DNA of 64,000 nt from the NCBI GenBank assembly GCA_002269645.1, contig NIVC01000815.1:62001-126000 (forward strand). The letters are read 5' to 3'. The notes under the pieces are model-generated. The model was not told where the DNA came from and did not search any database. It worked only from the letters and a program-made list of their open reading frames with translations. Both the position numbers and the translations under genes were made by a program. Shown in pieces: positions 25,042-36,294 of the stretch (positions are counted from its first letter, which is position 1; each line of letters begins with the position of its first letter). The stretch is from Macrostomum lignano. Taxonomy: Eukaryota.

Positions 25042-25935
25042 TCGCCTGGTAAGCGGATTCTGGTATGCCAATGTTAATTGCTACAGCTTAGAAATGATGC
25101 CCAAAAATGTCTGATCCGAATCTTGCTGTGGAATCTAATAAATACACTGATCTGTTGCTCAATGAGTCAAGAATTATTTTATGATTTATCGATGATAAAA
25201 GTCTGGATAAAATATTTTGTTATAAACCTTTCTTTCCAGATTTGTCCAAACTGCGGCTTCCCCCTCGGACAAGCTGCAGTTTCGAATGACTTGATAATGA
25301 AGTCTGGCTTAAATTGATTTCTTGTAAAAATAAACGTGTCTGGTCGGTGTCAGTTGCGCTTCTGTAGTTCCATTTTATGTCGCATTGTTCGCATATTTTA
25401 AAATTTAATTAAAAATTTTTTCAAAAACATTTATTGGTTGAAAGCGTTTAATACTTGATAGTTCAAATTTATAAACGCATTGCAGACAGTGCCGTCTATG
25501 TTTAACGGCACTGCAAAAGCAGTTAACAAAAATCGCCGCGTTTTTTGCTGACTTTAGTAACAACTTTTTGTGAAGTGCGTGTTTCCATAGTAATTTGTAG
25601 CAAAAGCCATGCTTATTCATCTGTTTGACTATTGTGCGATTGTTGAGAGAGCGCTTCGACTGCCAAACTTTTAGCAATGAAGTGGAGACAAGGAACCTGT
25701 TGCTTGCATTTTTCATCCCCGATGATATGAAAAATATAAAGGAATGCAGTTTTCTCGAAGGAAGGCCTGCAAATTATTCTTTTTTAAGGCCGCTTCGTGT
25801 TTTTGGGATAAATTGTTTCATTGATGACTTCAAAATTGGTTTTGCTTTGTTTTCATATACTATGAAAATGGATGCTAAAGGAATTGCGGTAGAGAAGCAC
25901 TCTTAACAGATAATAGTAAGACAAAACTCAATATT

Positions 25936-25979
25936 ATTTGCGACGCGTTTCGGCTAAAACTAGCCATCTTCAGGCACTA
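25936..25979 (-). ncRNA. Mirror-image minimal hammerhead ribozyme (predicted cleavage at position 25942, minus strand)
   Basis: Exact reverse complement of the hammerhead at 26114-26157. Confidence 0.8.
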
Positions 25980-26113
25980 TCGAACAGAATTTATTTCGAC
26001 CTATTAAATACTGTGTAGACGACAAAATCACGTATTGAATCAATTTGAATCTTTTCAATACGTGATTTTGTCGTCTACACAGTATTTAATAGGTCGAAAT
26101 AAATTCTGTTCGA

Positions 26114-26157
26114 TAGTGCCTGAAGATGGCTAGTTTTAGCCGAAACGCGTCGCAAAT
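26114..26157 (+). ncRNA. Minimal type I hammerhead ribozyme (predicted cleavage after C26151)
   Basis: GTGC-CTGAAGA-T-GGCTA-GTTT-TAGCC-GAAAC-GC-GTC-GCA: the core CUGANGA, a 5-bp stem II, GAAA, a palindromic mini stem III (ACGCGU), a GUC triplet and a short stem I (UGC/GCA). Confidence 0.8.
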
Positions 26158-28239
26158 AATATTGAGGATGCTAAAGGTCCTGTCAAGTGCAAACATTGTC
26201 ACAGTGTCAGTCTTGATCTACAAGAGGGGTGAGTCCTCTGAACTCTAAACGGGTGAGGGTTTTTTTTAAACTCCCGAATTCGCACGTGCGTCTGCAGTCA
26301 TTTTTTTCAATTTTAGATGACCCGCTCCGCTTTCCGCTGTTAACTGTATTGACGCCGCGCAAAGCATAGTAAGTGTCGTATTTATCACTGCTGTGTTGTA
26401 GTAGTATGTTGCTACTTCAATAATTTATCATGATGAAAATTGACAAGCATATGGCTGAAATAAATATGTTAGACATTCTAATGCCTGATAGTATCCGAGA
26501 GTTTGAATAGCTGCAGAAGTAAGCCAGTGTTAAAAAATGTTATGTTCAAGTCTGACTAAGTTTTCTTTGCAAATTGAATCATTTTAGATCCGAGAGACCA
26601 ATCATGACTGTCCAGCTTGCGAGGTAAGAACACTGACATACTATCAATTTTCCAGATTAACTATCTTGAGTCATTTATTTCTAGCTTTTAGCCAATAAAA
26701 GTGTAAGCGTGGCTTAAGTCTTTAACTTTCGAGTGAAGGTTTATTTTATGTAGATCGACTTGTTTAGCGCGTACGAGTATATGCTAAGGTGTGATATTTT
26801 TGAGTTTTGTGTACCAATTTCAGCAAATAAGAATACTAGACTGGCAGTCTAGTGCCCCCTTCGGGGCGCGCAATAAGCAAAGAGCAAATAATTATTCACG
26901 GAAAACAATTAAAAAGCACATTTTCTTAAGAACCAATTCTTTCTTCAGTTTTATAAATCACCTTATTTGAGTAAAATTGTCATGGACAAAGATGTTTGCT
27001 ACAAATCTCTTTTTTTCTAAAATTAATAGAAAGACAAAAAATCATTTGTTTTTTTGTTTATTTATCATTGTAAGAAACTCGAGTCCTATGTCCCACTAAA
27101 AGTCTTGCCAAATCGGCCATTAAAAGATTAAGTTGGTGCACAGATAATTAGAGTTGAGTGCCTGAAGCTGCTGCTGTTCCATTTAAGCTGCTTAGCAACT
27201 TCAGGACTTGATTAATGCTTCGAGTGTCTAGGCAGCCTTCAGTCAAGGCTCAATTGCCTGTCGCTAGCAGGGTGCATGAGAATGCATACCTGCGGTGCTT
27301 GGGCGATAATTGGCTCCAGGCGGGGGGGGGTCGTACCGTGGGAATCGAGGAAGAAAAGGCAACAGATGTGAGAGAAACAACATGCGAGATTAAGACAGTT
27401 AGGCTCCGTTTAGACAAGCAGCCCCCATGACGAGATGAAATTAGAGCCAGGAGCCGTGCACAAAAGGAGATCCATATATGTCTGCTGCTCTCCTTAGGGC
27501 GCCAACGCATTGAAAATGTAAATTCTGCAACACAATGAAAATGAATTCAATTTTATGTAGACGAAAGATAAATTGGCTGCTTGAGCTCGAGGGCTTTTTA
27601 AGCGCTGGCTAACTGCACAGACGGTGTTTGTTGGTTGTATTTCTTGCTTTACCCACGGTCTTTTAACAATAGATACGTGGATGAGAACGCTCTACTTCTT
27701 TTGTCTAGCTAATTCTATGCGCAACGGTGCAACTTGCCAAAAAAAACAATACTCCTTCTTTGCCCAGAGTCCATGCCAGCTAGTTGCTCATTCTATGCAT
27801 TCCGTTTTATATGCGCGGCAATAAAGTATCAAATTGCTGGCTGCCAACTCGCGTTTATTTAGTTAGTGCTGTGAGCCTTGCAGCTTCTCACAATACTAAA
27901 TACAGCTCGAGGTAGGGCTTTTGCACTAGCTAAATAACTCGCTTAAGTCTTCAGTCCATTCGTCTCTTGGGCGCCCTCCGACAAAGCCACCCCACTCCGT
28001 CTAGTTATCTGCCAATTTTGCCGGCTAGAAAATAAACTGGTCCATTCTGAAAGTAGCGCCATCCTCGCACTTAGATATTTCTTGCTTGGTTGCTTCCTAT
28101 TGGACAATGATGCGTCAGTGTCCGAAATATAACTGCTCCATGTTATTGTGACCAGAAAAGTATTTCAGCGCCATTTGGTTTATTTGAATCGTCCAAAGAA
28201 CAGAATCTTGCGGGACTCGAAGCAGCTATCCTTCCTGCC

Positions 28240-29418
28240 ATGCCGATAGGCCGGTACAAACATGTCGCATCGCGTTTCCAACAGCGGCGCACCCTGCCGC
28301 CGGACTGCAAGTCTTGGATCGAGCAGCGTGACGAGGAGCCATCAGAGGAGCCGTCGGCATCGACTCCTAACGCATCGGCTGCGACGGCGGCCGCAGCAAC
28401 TGGCAGTGGTCGCATGGGTGGCGACCTGCCCGAGAATGTGACGGAGGAGCGCCTCTACCAGACCCGATTATACGATCTGGCTCTAGAACGAAAAAAGATG
28501 ATGAATGAAAGTGACTACGTTCGCAATCAGTTTATTGATCATCAGGTACGCAAAGCCCGTTCCAAATCACTTGGCCGATTGTTACAAGGCATGGACATTG
28601 AGCAGTATCGCAACAAAAGTGCTAGTGGAGTTGAAAAGCTGCATCAGCGATCTGTCCACGCCAAGCTCATGATCCTGGCTAATAGACGGCTGGGTCTTAG
28701 CATAGATGAGGTTTCCAAATTCACCGAGGCTGAGCTACGCAGTCGGTTAAATTTACCGCTCCCTCAAGATGAGGCAACCGACCCAAGCCCAGCGGCATTA
28801 GCAACAACGAATCTTCCAACTGTACACGAGCAACAGCAGCAGCCATTGCGGCCGTCGACATCCCGGACACACATTCGTGGTTCTGTGGGATGGGCAGACC
28901 AACCGCCTGCATTTGCATCTCGGCCCGGCAGCCACCGTCTGGGCTCCAATGCATTTGCCCCAGCCTCGGCACTTTCTCTAGGATTGCCTGGCGTCACCAG
29001 TGCCGGGAATAACCGCAGCTATCGTCATCAGTCCAGCAGCTATAGGGCGCGCGGATCTATCGCTTCAGGCGCCCCATCGGGCTACGGCGGTCAGTCTTCG
29101 ACGCAGGATCGTCGACCAAGGACTGCGTCCGCCAGGCGGCGCGTCCAATCGGACCCCCGCTGCGTCCAACTGATCAACACGCTGACACCGCGCTATAAAC
29201 CGGCGAACAAGCCGCAGGACGTGAGTGCCATTATAAAGGCCAATCCATCTCTAAAGCGAAGCAGTGACGACGAGGCGCAGCAACACTCAGAGCCGCAACA
29301 GCACAGGCAGCAAAAGACAGTAAAAGGCAGGCGCACCCGTCGTGAAGCGCTAGAGATGTTGGACTACATTGTGAGAACTCGATATTATGATGCTGGAAAT
29401 TTAGCCAGCCTCCGCTGA
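28240..29418 (+). CDS. Uncharacterised 392-aa protein, single coding exon, largely low-complexity/basic
   Basis: A long ORF with gene-like GC and CpG content, bounded by AT-rich DNA. There is an upstream acceptor near 28155 and a possible 5' UTR exon at about 26587-26622. No recognisable domain. Confidence 0.7.
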   Translation: MPIGRYKHVASRFQQRRTLPPDCKSWIEQRDEEPSEEPSASTPNASAATAAAATGSGRMGGDLPENVTEERLYQTRLYDLALERKKMMNESDYVRNQFIDHQVRKARSKSLGRLLQGMDIEQYRNKSASGVEKLHQRSVHAKLMILANRRLGLSIDEVSKFTEAELRSRLNLPLPQDEATDPSPAALATTNLPTVHEQQQQPLRPSTSRTHIRGSVGWADQPPAFASRPGSHRLGSNAFAPASALSLGLPGVTSAGNNRSYRHQSSSYRARGSIASGAPSGYGGQSSTQDRRPRTASARRRVQSDPRCVQLINTLTPRYKPANKPQDVSAIIKANPSLKRSSDDEAQQHSEPQQHRQQKTVKGRRTRREALEMLDYIVRTRYYDAGNLASLR

Positions 29419-29570
29419 GATACGAGTTATACACGCAATATACGTGTATTTGAGATCAGAACCCAGTCAAAAGTTTCAATGGGTGGCTTATAGTGAATTG
29501 TTATGCGACGTACGATATTAAACTACTGTTCCTTACCTTCTTCGCTTTGGTTTCACTTTGGTTCATCGCT

Positions 29571-30052
29571 ACCAGAGATACAGAAATAACTAGATGGGCC
29601 ACTCAGGCATATATAACTTAGTAAAATAGCTTTCTACTTTAAGTTCAGTAGTAAAGAAGAATATATAAGCTATTTTATGAAAATAAAGGCAGCTGAAATG
29701 ACTTTGATAATTTTAGAAGCCCAAGCTTGCAGGCGTAAACAGCTTGCTAATTGGTTCAGTCATAATGTACATTAGCCAGTCCACTGAAATGTACATGGCA
29801 GCTTTAGGCTGGAAATCTGAGAAAGGCAATAAAAATTGTGACGGGGCGGGGGGTGGTGGGGGGTTGGAAGGGCGCCAGTTGGAGGGTTTAAGCTGTGGGG
29901 TGAGAGCCAATAAATGAGCTTTGGCTTTAAAAATGCTTTTGATTTACTACTACTACTAGTAATAGTAAATTACTAGTACTTACTACTGAACTGAAAGTAG
30001 CTTACACGCAAATGTGCTGAGTGGGCCATCTAGTTACTCTAGTATCTGTGGT
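29571..30052. mobile_element. MITE-like element with imperfect TIRs of about 95 bp
   Basis: ACCAGAGATACAGAAATAACTAGATGGGCCCACTCAG...AGTTCAGTAGTAAA pairs with TTTACTACTGAACT...CTGAGTGGGCCATCTAGTTACTCTAGTATCTGTGGT. The TSD is unresolved. Confidence 0.65.
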
Positions 30053-30580
30053 CGGAACTTGATCAATAGGGACTGCGACAAGTTGATGCCTGATTTTATA
30101 AGCTTAGAATTTGTTGTCATTGCTTATACTCTTTCTGATTCACTTTGTTAGTTAATACTACTAGTACGGAGTATCGTATATAGGCCTCTATATTGATTTT
30201 TGTTGACGTCAGTTTCTCTAAAGCAGATGCCTTTCCTTGCCAGAGTATGTTATAGTTATTTTATAATAACTCGTACATGAGTTCTTTTTATGGCGTTCTA
30301 TCTATAACACAATTTCTGTAAAGTTTCTAGTATCAGTTCTGTTTATAGTGTACTCTCGCTTCCTTTTTAAATACAATATTGTTAATATTTTCGGTATGCC
30401 AATCATTCCAGTCAAGTGGTATTTCAATTTGACTTCAATTGCCAGTCTTACAGTATATCTAATGTTAATTATTAAGAATGTGCGTTCAACTTTGCGCTTT
30501 TACTGGGTAGTCAATTTCACTTTCACTTTAATCCTACAATATTTGAAAGCGTCTTTGTGCTAGCTATTGTATAGTGGCAC

Positions 30581-33500
30581 TGTTGTGGGTTGATGGCTTT
30601 GCCATAGACATTTTTGTTACGCGACTGCGTTGATGAATTGAACCATGCTATTGAGTTATGAAATAAATAATAGACGCGTCAGAGGTCAACAGACCGCTAG
30701 ACTGACAATTGCTAAAGGCAAAAGCCAAAAGCACAACAGTGGCGTCGCAAGCATAGGCTACGAAAATGCCTGGAAGTACGCCAGCATCGCCAACTAAAGG
30801 AGTTGGTAAAACGGTTTCGAGCGACAAAGTACCACCGCTTGCGATCTCGTCGAAATCAGTCCAAGCGACAAAGTCGGCAACAGCGACAGCGCAGAACCCA
30901 AGCGCACAAGTATCGAGAGGACAGCAAGTTGACATCGAAAAACTCGATGAAAGTTCGAACTTCCAGAGGTGGTTGGACCGATTCACACTGTGCAGCGAAC
31001 TCAACGGCTGGCAGGACGACACGAAAAATAAGCTGCTGCTGATGAAGCTCAGCACCAAGCTGTACGACGCATTGGCAGATCGAGCCGCTCCCAAGAAGCC
31101 GGGAGAAAAGAGCTTCGATGAACTGACCAAACTACTGGCCAGCATCCTGGAACCAAAGACGTTCGTCATGGCTGAGAGATTCAATTTCCAGCATATCACT
31201 CGCACGGCATCAATGAGCATTCGTGAGTATGCACAGCAACTCTGCATGCAGGCAGACAAGTGTCAGTTTGGCCTATCCAGAGATGAGAGACTGAGAGATC
31301 AGCTCGTATTCGGTTTGAATGACAAGGTGGCCATCAGCAAGTTATTGGAACAGGACTTCAGCACTCTCACGTTTGAGACAGCTATCAACATCGCTGAGGC
31401 GCACCAGAACCTATCACAAACGCAAATACTAAAGGGTTGCACCAGTCAGCCGCAGTCTTCTGAAGTAATGAAAATTTCAGCATCGGTGACCAGAGGCTCC
31501 CACTATACAAGCTCCAAGTGTGGCAGATGTGGCACAATGCATGGCTCCAATGGAGGGTGTCCTGCGAAAGGAAAAACGTGCAACAAATGTGGCATGCAAA
31601 ACCACTTCGCAACAGTTTGCAAAACGAAATCAACTGGTTTTGGCAAAGGCCGAAAATCGTTCAAAAGCCCGTCAGCATCTGGTCAATTTAGGCGAGCTAC
31701 AGTGTGCCCAAGGACCACAAGCTTTGTAGATGCAAGCGAAGCTGAACAGGAGGATTGTTTTCACATTCGACATCCCGTTGATAGCTACACCGTGCCTGTT
31801 AGGCTCAGACACACGAGCGGGTCGATGCTTAGCGTGAACGCACAAATCGATACTGGGGCAGGAGTTTCGGTAATGTCAAAAACGATCTGGAAACGATTGG
31901 GTTGTCCAAAGCTGACACCTACAGACACTGTTCTGACAACATACGCTGATACGCAGATGAAGGTCTTTGGAACACACGACACTGAGTTGGAGTACAATGA
32001 CGAGTTCATTCCAATCACATTCTTCATTGTGGAATCGCAAAGGAACTTTGTTCTGGTTGGCCGAGACAAGCTCAATTTCACGCTAAACGCTGTAGACAAC
32101 AGCTGCACATCGGCAACCCAGTCATGCGAATTTCCACCAGTAACTCTTAAGATCAAGGAAGGAACCACTCCAATTCATTGCAAACCCAGGCCGCTACCCT
32201 TCGCACTCAGACAGGGAGTCAAGGATGAAATCGATCGGTTGCTTGAAGAAGACACCATCAAGCCCGTCAAGTTCAGTGAATGGGCCTCACCAATTGTCGT
32301 GGTCAAGAAACCTTCTGGAAAGCTCAGACTTTGCGTCTACTACAAGGTGACAATCAATTCTCATCTTATCAACGATTCATATCCGATGCCTGCACCTGAC
32401 GAAGTGATTGCAACTGCTGCTGGCAGCCGGATATACACTCGTCTGGACCTAGAGAAAGCTTATCACCAGATCCCACTAGATGAAGCTTCCAAAGAGCTGA
32501 CAGTAATGTCAACACCATTTGGGATGTTCGCTTTCAACAAGCTTCCGTTCGGAGTGAAAACAGCACCTGCGATCTTCCAGCGGTACATTAGCCAAGTCCT
32601 ACAAGGAATTCCTGGCGTCATTGCCTACGTAGACGACATATTGATATGCGGCAAAGGCGTAGAACAATTGGCAGTTCGTGAGACGGAAGTATTGCATCGA
32701 CTAAACCAGCAAGGATTGAAGATCAACACGGCGAAAAGTGAATTCCGCAAGACTTCGATCAAGTTTCTAGGCTACTTATTGGAAGGAGATCAGCTCAAGC
32801 CGGACCCAGCCAAAGTGAAGGCAATCCAGGACATGACACCACCGCAGAACGTTGGCGAGCTTGAATCTTTCCTGGGTCTCGTAAATTTTAGCGGCAAGTT
32901 CATCAGAAACCTAGCTGCACTGACCAAGCCTCTCAATAGACTAAGAAAGAAAAATGAGGACTTCGTGTGGACAAAGGAGTGTCAAATAGCATTTGACGAA
33001 ATCAAGGTCACTCTCTCTGATCAATCGAGTCTTCAAATATTTGATCCGGAGAAGCCCATTGAACTGGAATGCGACAGTTCTCAGCGAGCTCTGGGCGGAG
33101 TGTTGACACAAAGCGGTCAAGTCGTGCTGTACATGAGCAAGACTCTGTCTGACGCCGAAACAAAATATTCGCAAATAGAGCGTGAAGGCCTGGCACTGGT
33201 TTGGTGCATTCAAAGATGCCATCGGTTCTTGTATGGCCGGAGGTTCACACTGACAACTGATCACCGGCCCCTCACATACATATTCGCGCCAGACAAACAG
33301 CTGCCCACCAGAGTTTCAGCTCGACTACAACGATGGGCAATCATGCTAGCTGCTTATGACTATGTCATACAGTATCGACCATCAAAGCTAATGCTGTCGG
33401 ATGCGCTATCTCGACTGGTGCCCGCTAAGCTGAATGCACAGACAGCATCGATCGGACTCCTCGAAGCTGACAACCCGGGAGTAATTCAGCTGGATCGCAT

Positions 33501-34919
33501 TGCACACGCAACCAGAGAGGACCCGGAGTTCAGATGCCTGGGCGCAGCCATAATTAACAATAATCTATTTGACGACCCACACCTACTCAGCTACTCGAAG
33601 GTTCAAGATGAGCTAACTGTCAATGATGGAATTATTTACAGAATGAACAGAATTGTATTGCCTCGTGTCCTGAGAGAAACTGCCCTGGCAGCTGTACACT
33701 CAACGCACCTTGGGGTGGAAAAGTCAAAGTCAATTTTGAGGGAACAGTTCTGGTGGCCACAGATGGACCGTGACATCGCTGACTACATTGGACGATGCAA
33801 CGTGTGCAACGCGTACAAGTCCAGAAATAAGAACTTTCGGCACTCGTGGCCAGAACCTGACAACCCCTGGGAGCGAGTGCACATTGATTTTGCCGGTCCG
33901 ATAGAGGGCAAGTACCTACTCATCATTGTGGATGCGCACTCGAGCTACCCGGAAGTCTTCATCACGAGCGACATGAAGGCCGACACAGTCATTTCCAGAC
34001 TTAGAAGATTGTTCTCACAACAGGGGGTGCCCAAGTGTCTCGTGTCAGACAACGGCCCTAGTTTTGTGAGCGAAGCGGTGACCGGCTGGCTCACCCAGAT
34101 TGGCTGTTCGCACATCACAACGCCCGCCTACCATCCACAGAGCAACGGCATTGCAGAGCGAATGGTGCGAACCGTCAAAGAGACAATCAAGACCAATGGT
34201 TTATCCCAAAGAAGTATTGACAGATTTCTACTGTTCTACAGAGCTGCCAAAGGGAAGCAGCAAGCATCACCGTCCGAGTTGTTGAACGGCAGACAAATAA
34301 GACTCCCCATCTCGGAGAGCAGCACTCAGTCCAAGTGGATCCCAGGAGAATCACTCATCTACCGTGCATCGAGTTCTCATGAGCCACGAACTGTGAGATT
34401 CGCCAAAATGCTTGGCAGCAACACAGCAGTCGTCACCACAGAGACTGGACGAAATCTAAAGACCCACCTCGATCAACTACGAATCGGTGAGGTACCTGAG
34501 GCTCACGGAACTACGGAAATGGGGGATTCCAAGCCCGGTGGCAACGGTCCAAGTGACGACGGCCAACAGACGCGTCTGTCATCGACAGACACTGAGATAC
34601 TACCGGGAACAGAACAAGCTGAGAGAGCACAACAGCAGCAGACTGAGGTTGGAGTTCAATCCAAGCCGTCACCCAGGCGAAGCGAACGCTTGGCCAAGAA
34701 AACTAGAATTTTTTATCGCACCTGAGTGATAATTGTACACCTACCTATAGAAGAGGGAGGGTGTTGTGGGTTGATGGCTTTGCCATAGACATTTTTGTTA
34801 CGCGACTGCGTTGATGAATTGAACCATGCTATTGAGTTATGAAATAAATAATAGACGCGTCAGAGGTCAGCAGACCGCTAGACTGACAATTGCTAAAGGC
34901 AAAAGCCAAAAGCACAACA
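30581..34919 (+). mobile_element. Full-length Ty3/Gypsy LTR retrotransposon, Mag-like
   Basis: 158-bp TG...CA LTRs (30581-30738, 34762-34919) differing at one visible position, 5-bp TSD GGCAC, PBS TGGCGTCGCAAG at 30740 and PPT AGAAGAGGGAGGG at 34749-34761. Confidence 0.97.
30766..34725 (+). CDS. Gag-Pol polyprotein (1319 aa): gag with two zinc knuckles, protease, RT, RNase H, integrase
   Basis: CGRCGTMH...C and CNKCGMQNHFATVC knuckles; protease DTG; RT YVDD; RNase H CDSS/EREGLA/TDHRPL; integrase H..H/C..C, DFAGP, SDNG, ERMVRT. The single ORF, short LTRs and double knuckle fit the Mag lineage. Confidence 0.96.
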   Translation: MPGSTPASPTKGVGKTVSSDKVPPLAISSKSVQATKSATATAQNPSAQVSRGQQVDIEKLDESSNFQRWLDRFTLCSELNGWQDDTKNKLLLMKLSTKLYDALADRAAPKKPGEKSFDELTKLLASILEPKTFVMAERFNFQHITRTASMSIREYAQQLCMQADKCQFGLSRDERLRDQLVFGLNDKVAISKLLEQDFSTLTFETAINIAEAHQNLSQTQILKGCTSQPQSSEVMKISASVTRGSHYTSSKCGRCGTMHGSNGGCPAKGKTCNKCGMQNHFATVCKTKSTGFGKGRKSFKSPSASGQFRRATVCPRTTSFVDASEAEQEDCFHIRHPVDSYTVPVRLRHTSGSMLSVNAQIDTGAGVSVMSKTIWKRLGCPKLTPTDTVLTTYADTQMKVFGTHDTELEYNDEFIPITFFIVESQRNFVLVGRDKLNFTLNAVDNSCTSATQSCEFPPVTLKIKEGTTPIHCKPRPLPFALRQGVKDEIDRLLEEDTIKPVKFSEWASPIVVVKKPSGKLRLCVYYKVTINSHLINDSYPMPAPDEVIATAAGSRIYTRLDLEKAYHQIPLDEASKELTVMSTPFGMFAFNKLPFGVKTAPAIFQRYISQVLQGIPGVIAYVDDILICGKGVEQLAVRETEVLHRLNQQGLKINTAKSEFRKTSIKFLGYLLEGDQLKPDPAKVKAIQDMTPPQNVGELESFLGLVNFSGKFIRNLAALTKPLNRLRKKNEDFVWTKECQIAFDEIKVTLSDQSSLQIFDPEKPIELECDSSQRALGGVLTQSGQVVLYMSKTLSDAETKYSQIEREGLALVWCIQRCHRFLYGRRFTLTTDHRPLTYIFAPDKQLPTRVSARLQRWAIMLAAYDYVIQYRPSKLMLSDALSRLVPAKLNAQTASIGLLEADNPGVIQLDRIAHATREDPEFRCLGAAIINNNLFDDPHLLSYSKVQDELTVNDGIIYRMNRIVLPRVLRETALAAVHSTHLGVEKSKSILREQFWWPQMDRDIADYIGRCNVCNAYKSRNKNFRHSWPEPDNPWERVHIDFAGPIEGKYLLIIVDAHSSYPEVFITSDMKADTVISRLRRLFSQQGVPKCLVSDNGPSFVSEAVTGWLTQIGCSHITTPAYHPQSNGIAERMVRTVKETIKTNGLSQRSIDRFLLFYRAAKGKQQASPSELLNGRQIRLPISESSTQSKWIPGESLIYRASSSHEPRTVRFAKMLGSNTAVVTTETGRNLKTHLDQLRIGEVPEAHGTTEMGDSKPGGNGPSDDGQQTRLSSTDTEILPGTEQAERAQQQQTEVGVQSKPSPRRSERLAKKTRIFYRT

Positions 34920-35256
34920 GGCACTTCTTCAAAATAATATTATGACGCTGGACTGTAAATATAGCGATTTGTTCGAAAACTTCCGAATTCGAAGTTATTT
35001 ATAATTAAATTATATTTTTGTTCGTGTTTATAAACTGCTCGCAAAACTGTCAAGAAGTGCGCTGCACTATGCTTACTTATGTAGGCCGCGCTATCGAACG
35101 ATTTCGGGCGGCAGTGTCAGCCATGCACCAAGCAGTCGAGGAAAAGCCTGCACCCTGCAGTGTGCAGCGCTAGCAGCAGCACCTGTACCAGCTGTAGGCA
35201 TGATGTGACCCCTACCGTCTGGAGTAGAACAACATCTCAAATGTGGCAAGCGCGCA

Positions 35257-35384
35257 GCGCGTCCACCTTTTGGTCTTCCAGCCAATCCGCCAGCTTACGC
35301 GTCGCGTCCACCTTTTGATCTTCCAGCCAGTCCGCCAGCTTACGCGTCGCGTCCACCTTTTGGTCTTCCAGCCAGTCCTCCAGC
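35257..35384. repeat. 45-bp tandem repeat x3 in a decayed GC-rich fragment
   Basis: GTCCACCTTTTGGTCTTCCAGCCA(A/G)TCCGCCAGCTTACGCGTCGC at 35261, 35306 and 35351. One minus-strand frame reads (DWLEDQKVDATRKLA)n. Confidence 0.8.
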
Positions 35385-36294
35385 GTGCAGATCCCAGTGT
35401 TGTAAAGCAGTTGTAAAGTTCTCGACCACCGCCTGGATCAACGTGCATACGTTTGTGTCGTTAAAGAAAGGAAATTGAATACTCGATTTTCTATTATTGT
35501 TAATTAAGCTAGCCAAGTTTTAAAATTTATGCGATATAATAGTCTTGTGTTCGAAAGATTTAAAGGTCACAATGTCAACCAGTATAGCGCATCCGTTCGG
35601 CTGGATTCATATTCGTAATTATTAAAATCTGGCCCGGATTGGTTGCTCCCGCGGTTTCATTTGAAGGAAGCCCAGAAGCAAATTGGATTGTTGAAAATGC
35701 ATCATCTGATCCGGTTAAGAAATAAAGTCTATACCAGACCAGAGCCACATAATTGGGAATCCAGACTTATTCTAGTGTCTGTCTTCCAGTCAATTAGTCA
35801 TATCATAATTCTTGCTAATCTCAGCATTAATACCAGCAGTCCTGTAGAGTAGCAAGATTTGCTACCAAAAGACGATGGTTTATATGCCTGCAACGCACAT
35901 GGAATGAGCACACGACCGTGTGGTCTGAAACAGGCGACAGATAACAAGTGCGCAGAGGCAAGGTGCTCATTTCAGTAAAACGCACACAGAGCTCCTCAGT
36001 TCGCAGCCGTGCTTGTTCGCAAAACAACTCTGCTGTACATTAATAAGAATCAAGACAAACTTCCTTTCCTCGGATTGGAGCTAGATAATTATTGAGTGAC
36101 CTGCGTATCTTACGGCAAGATTCACTTAGCGGCAGAGCAGAGCTACATATATTTAGCTCATGCTTTTGCGTCCGTTATATAAATCATATAAAGTAGATAG
36201 TCCTTAGCATTGCCTATGCCACTGCACTAAAGCATTCTTGGTCGGTCAGAGTCAAAAGACTGAAGCTACAAGCTAAACTCATATTGGAAGAAGG

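Larger units (their letters stand above)
25927..26166. mobile_element. Perfect 240-bp palindrome (113-bp arms, 14-bp spacer) of Penelope-like-element terminal sequence
   Basis: 25927-26039 is the exact reverse complement of 26054-26166. Each arm carries a minimal hammerhead core of the type known from Penelope-like elements. Confidence 0.8.

Noticed and set aside
31385-33264. Antisense and alternate-frame ORFs over gag-pol and other exons
   Set aside because: These are shadow ORFs of GC-rich coding sequence with no recognisable motifs.
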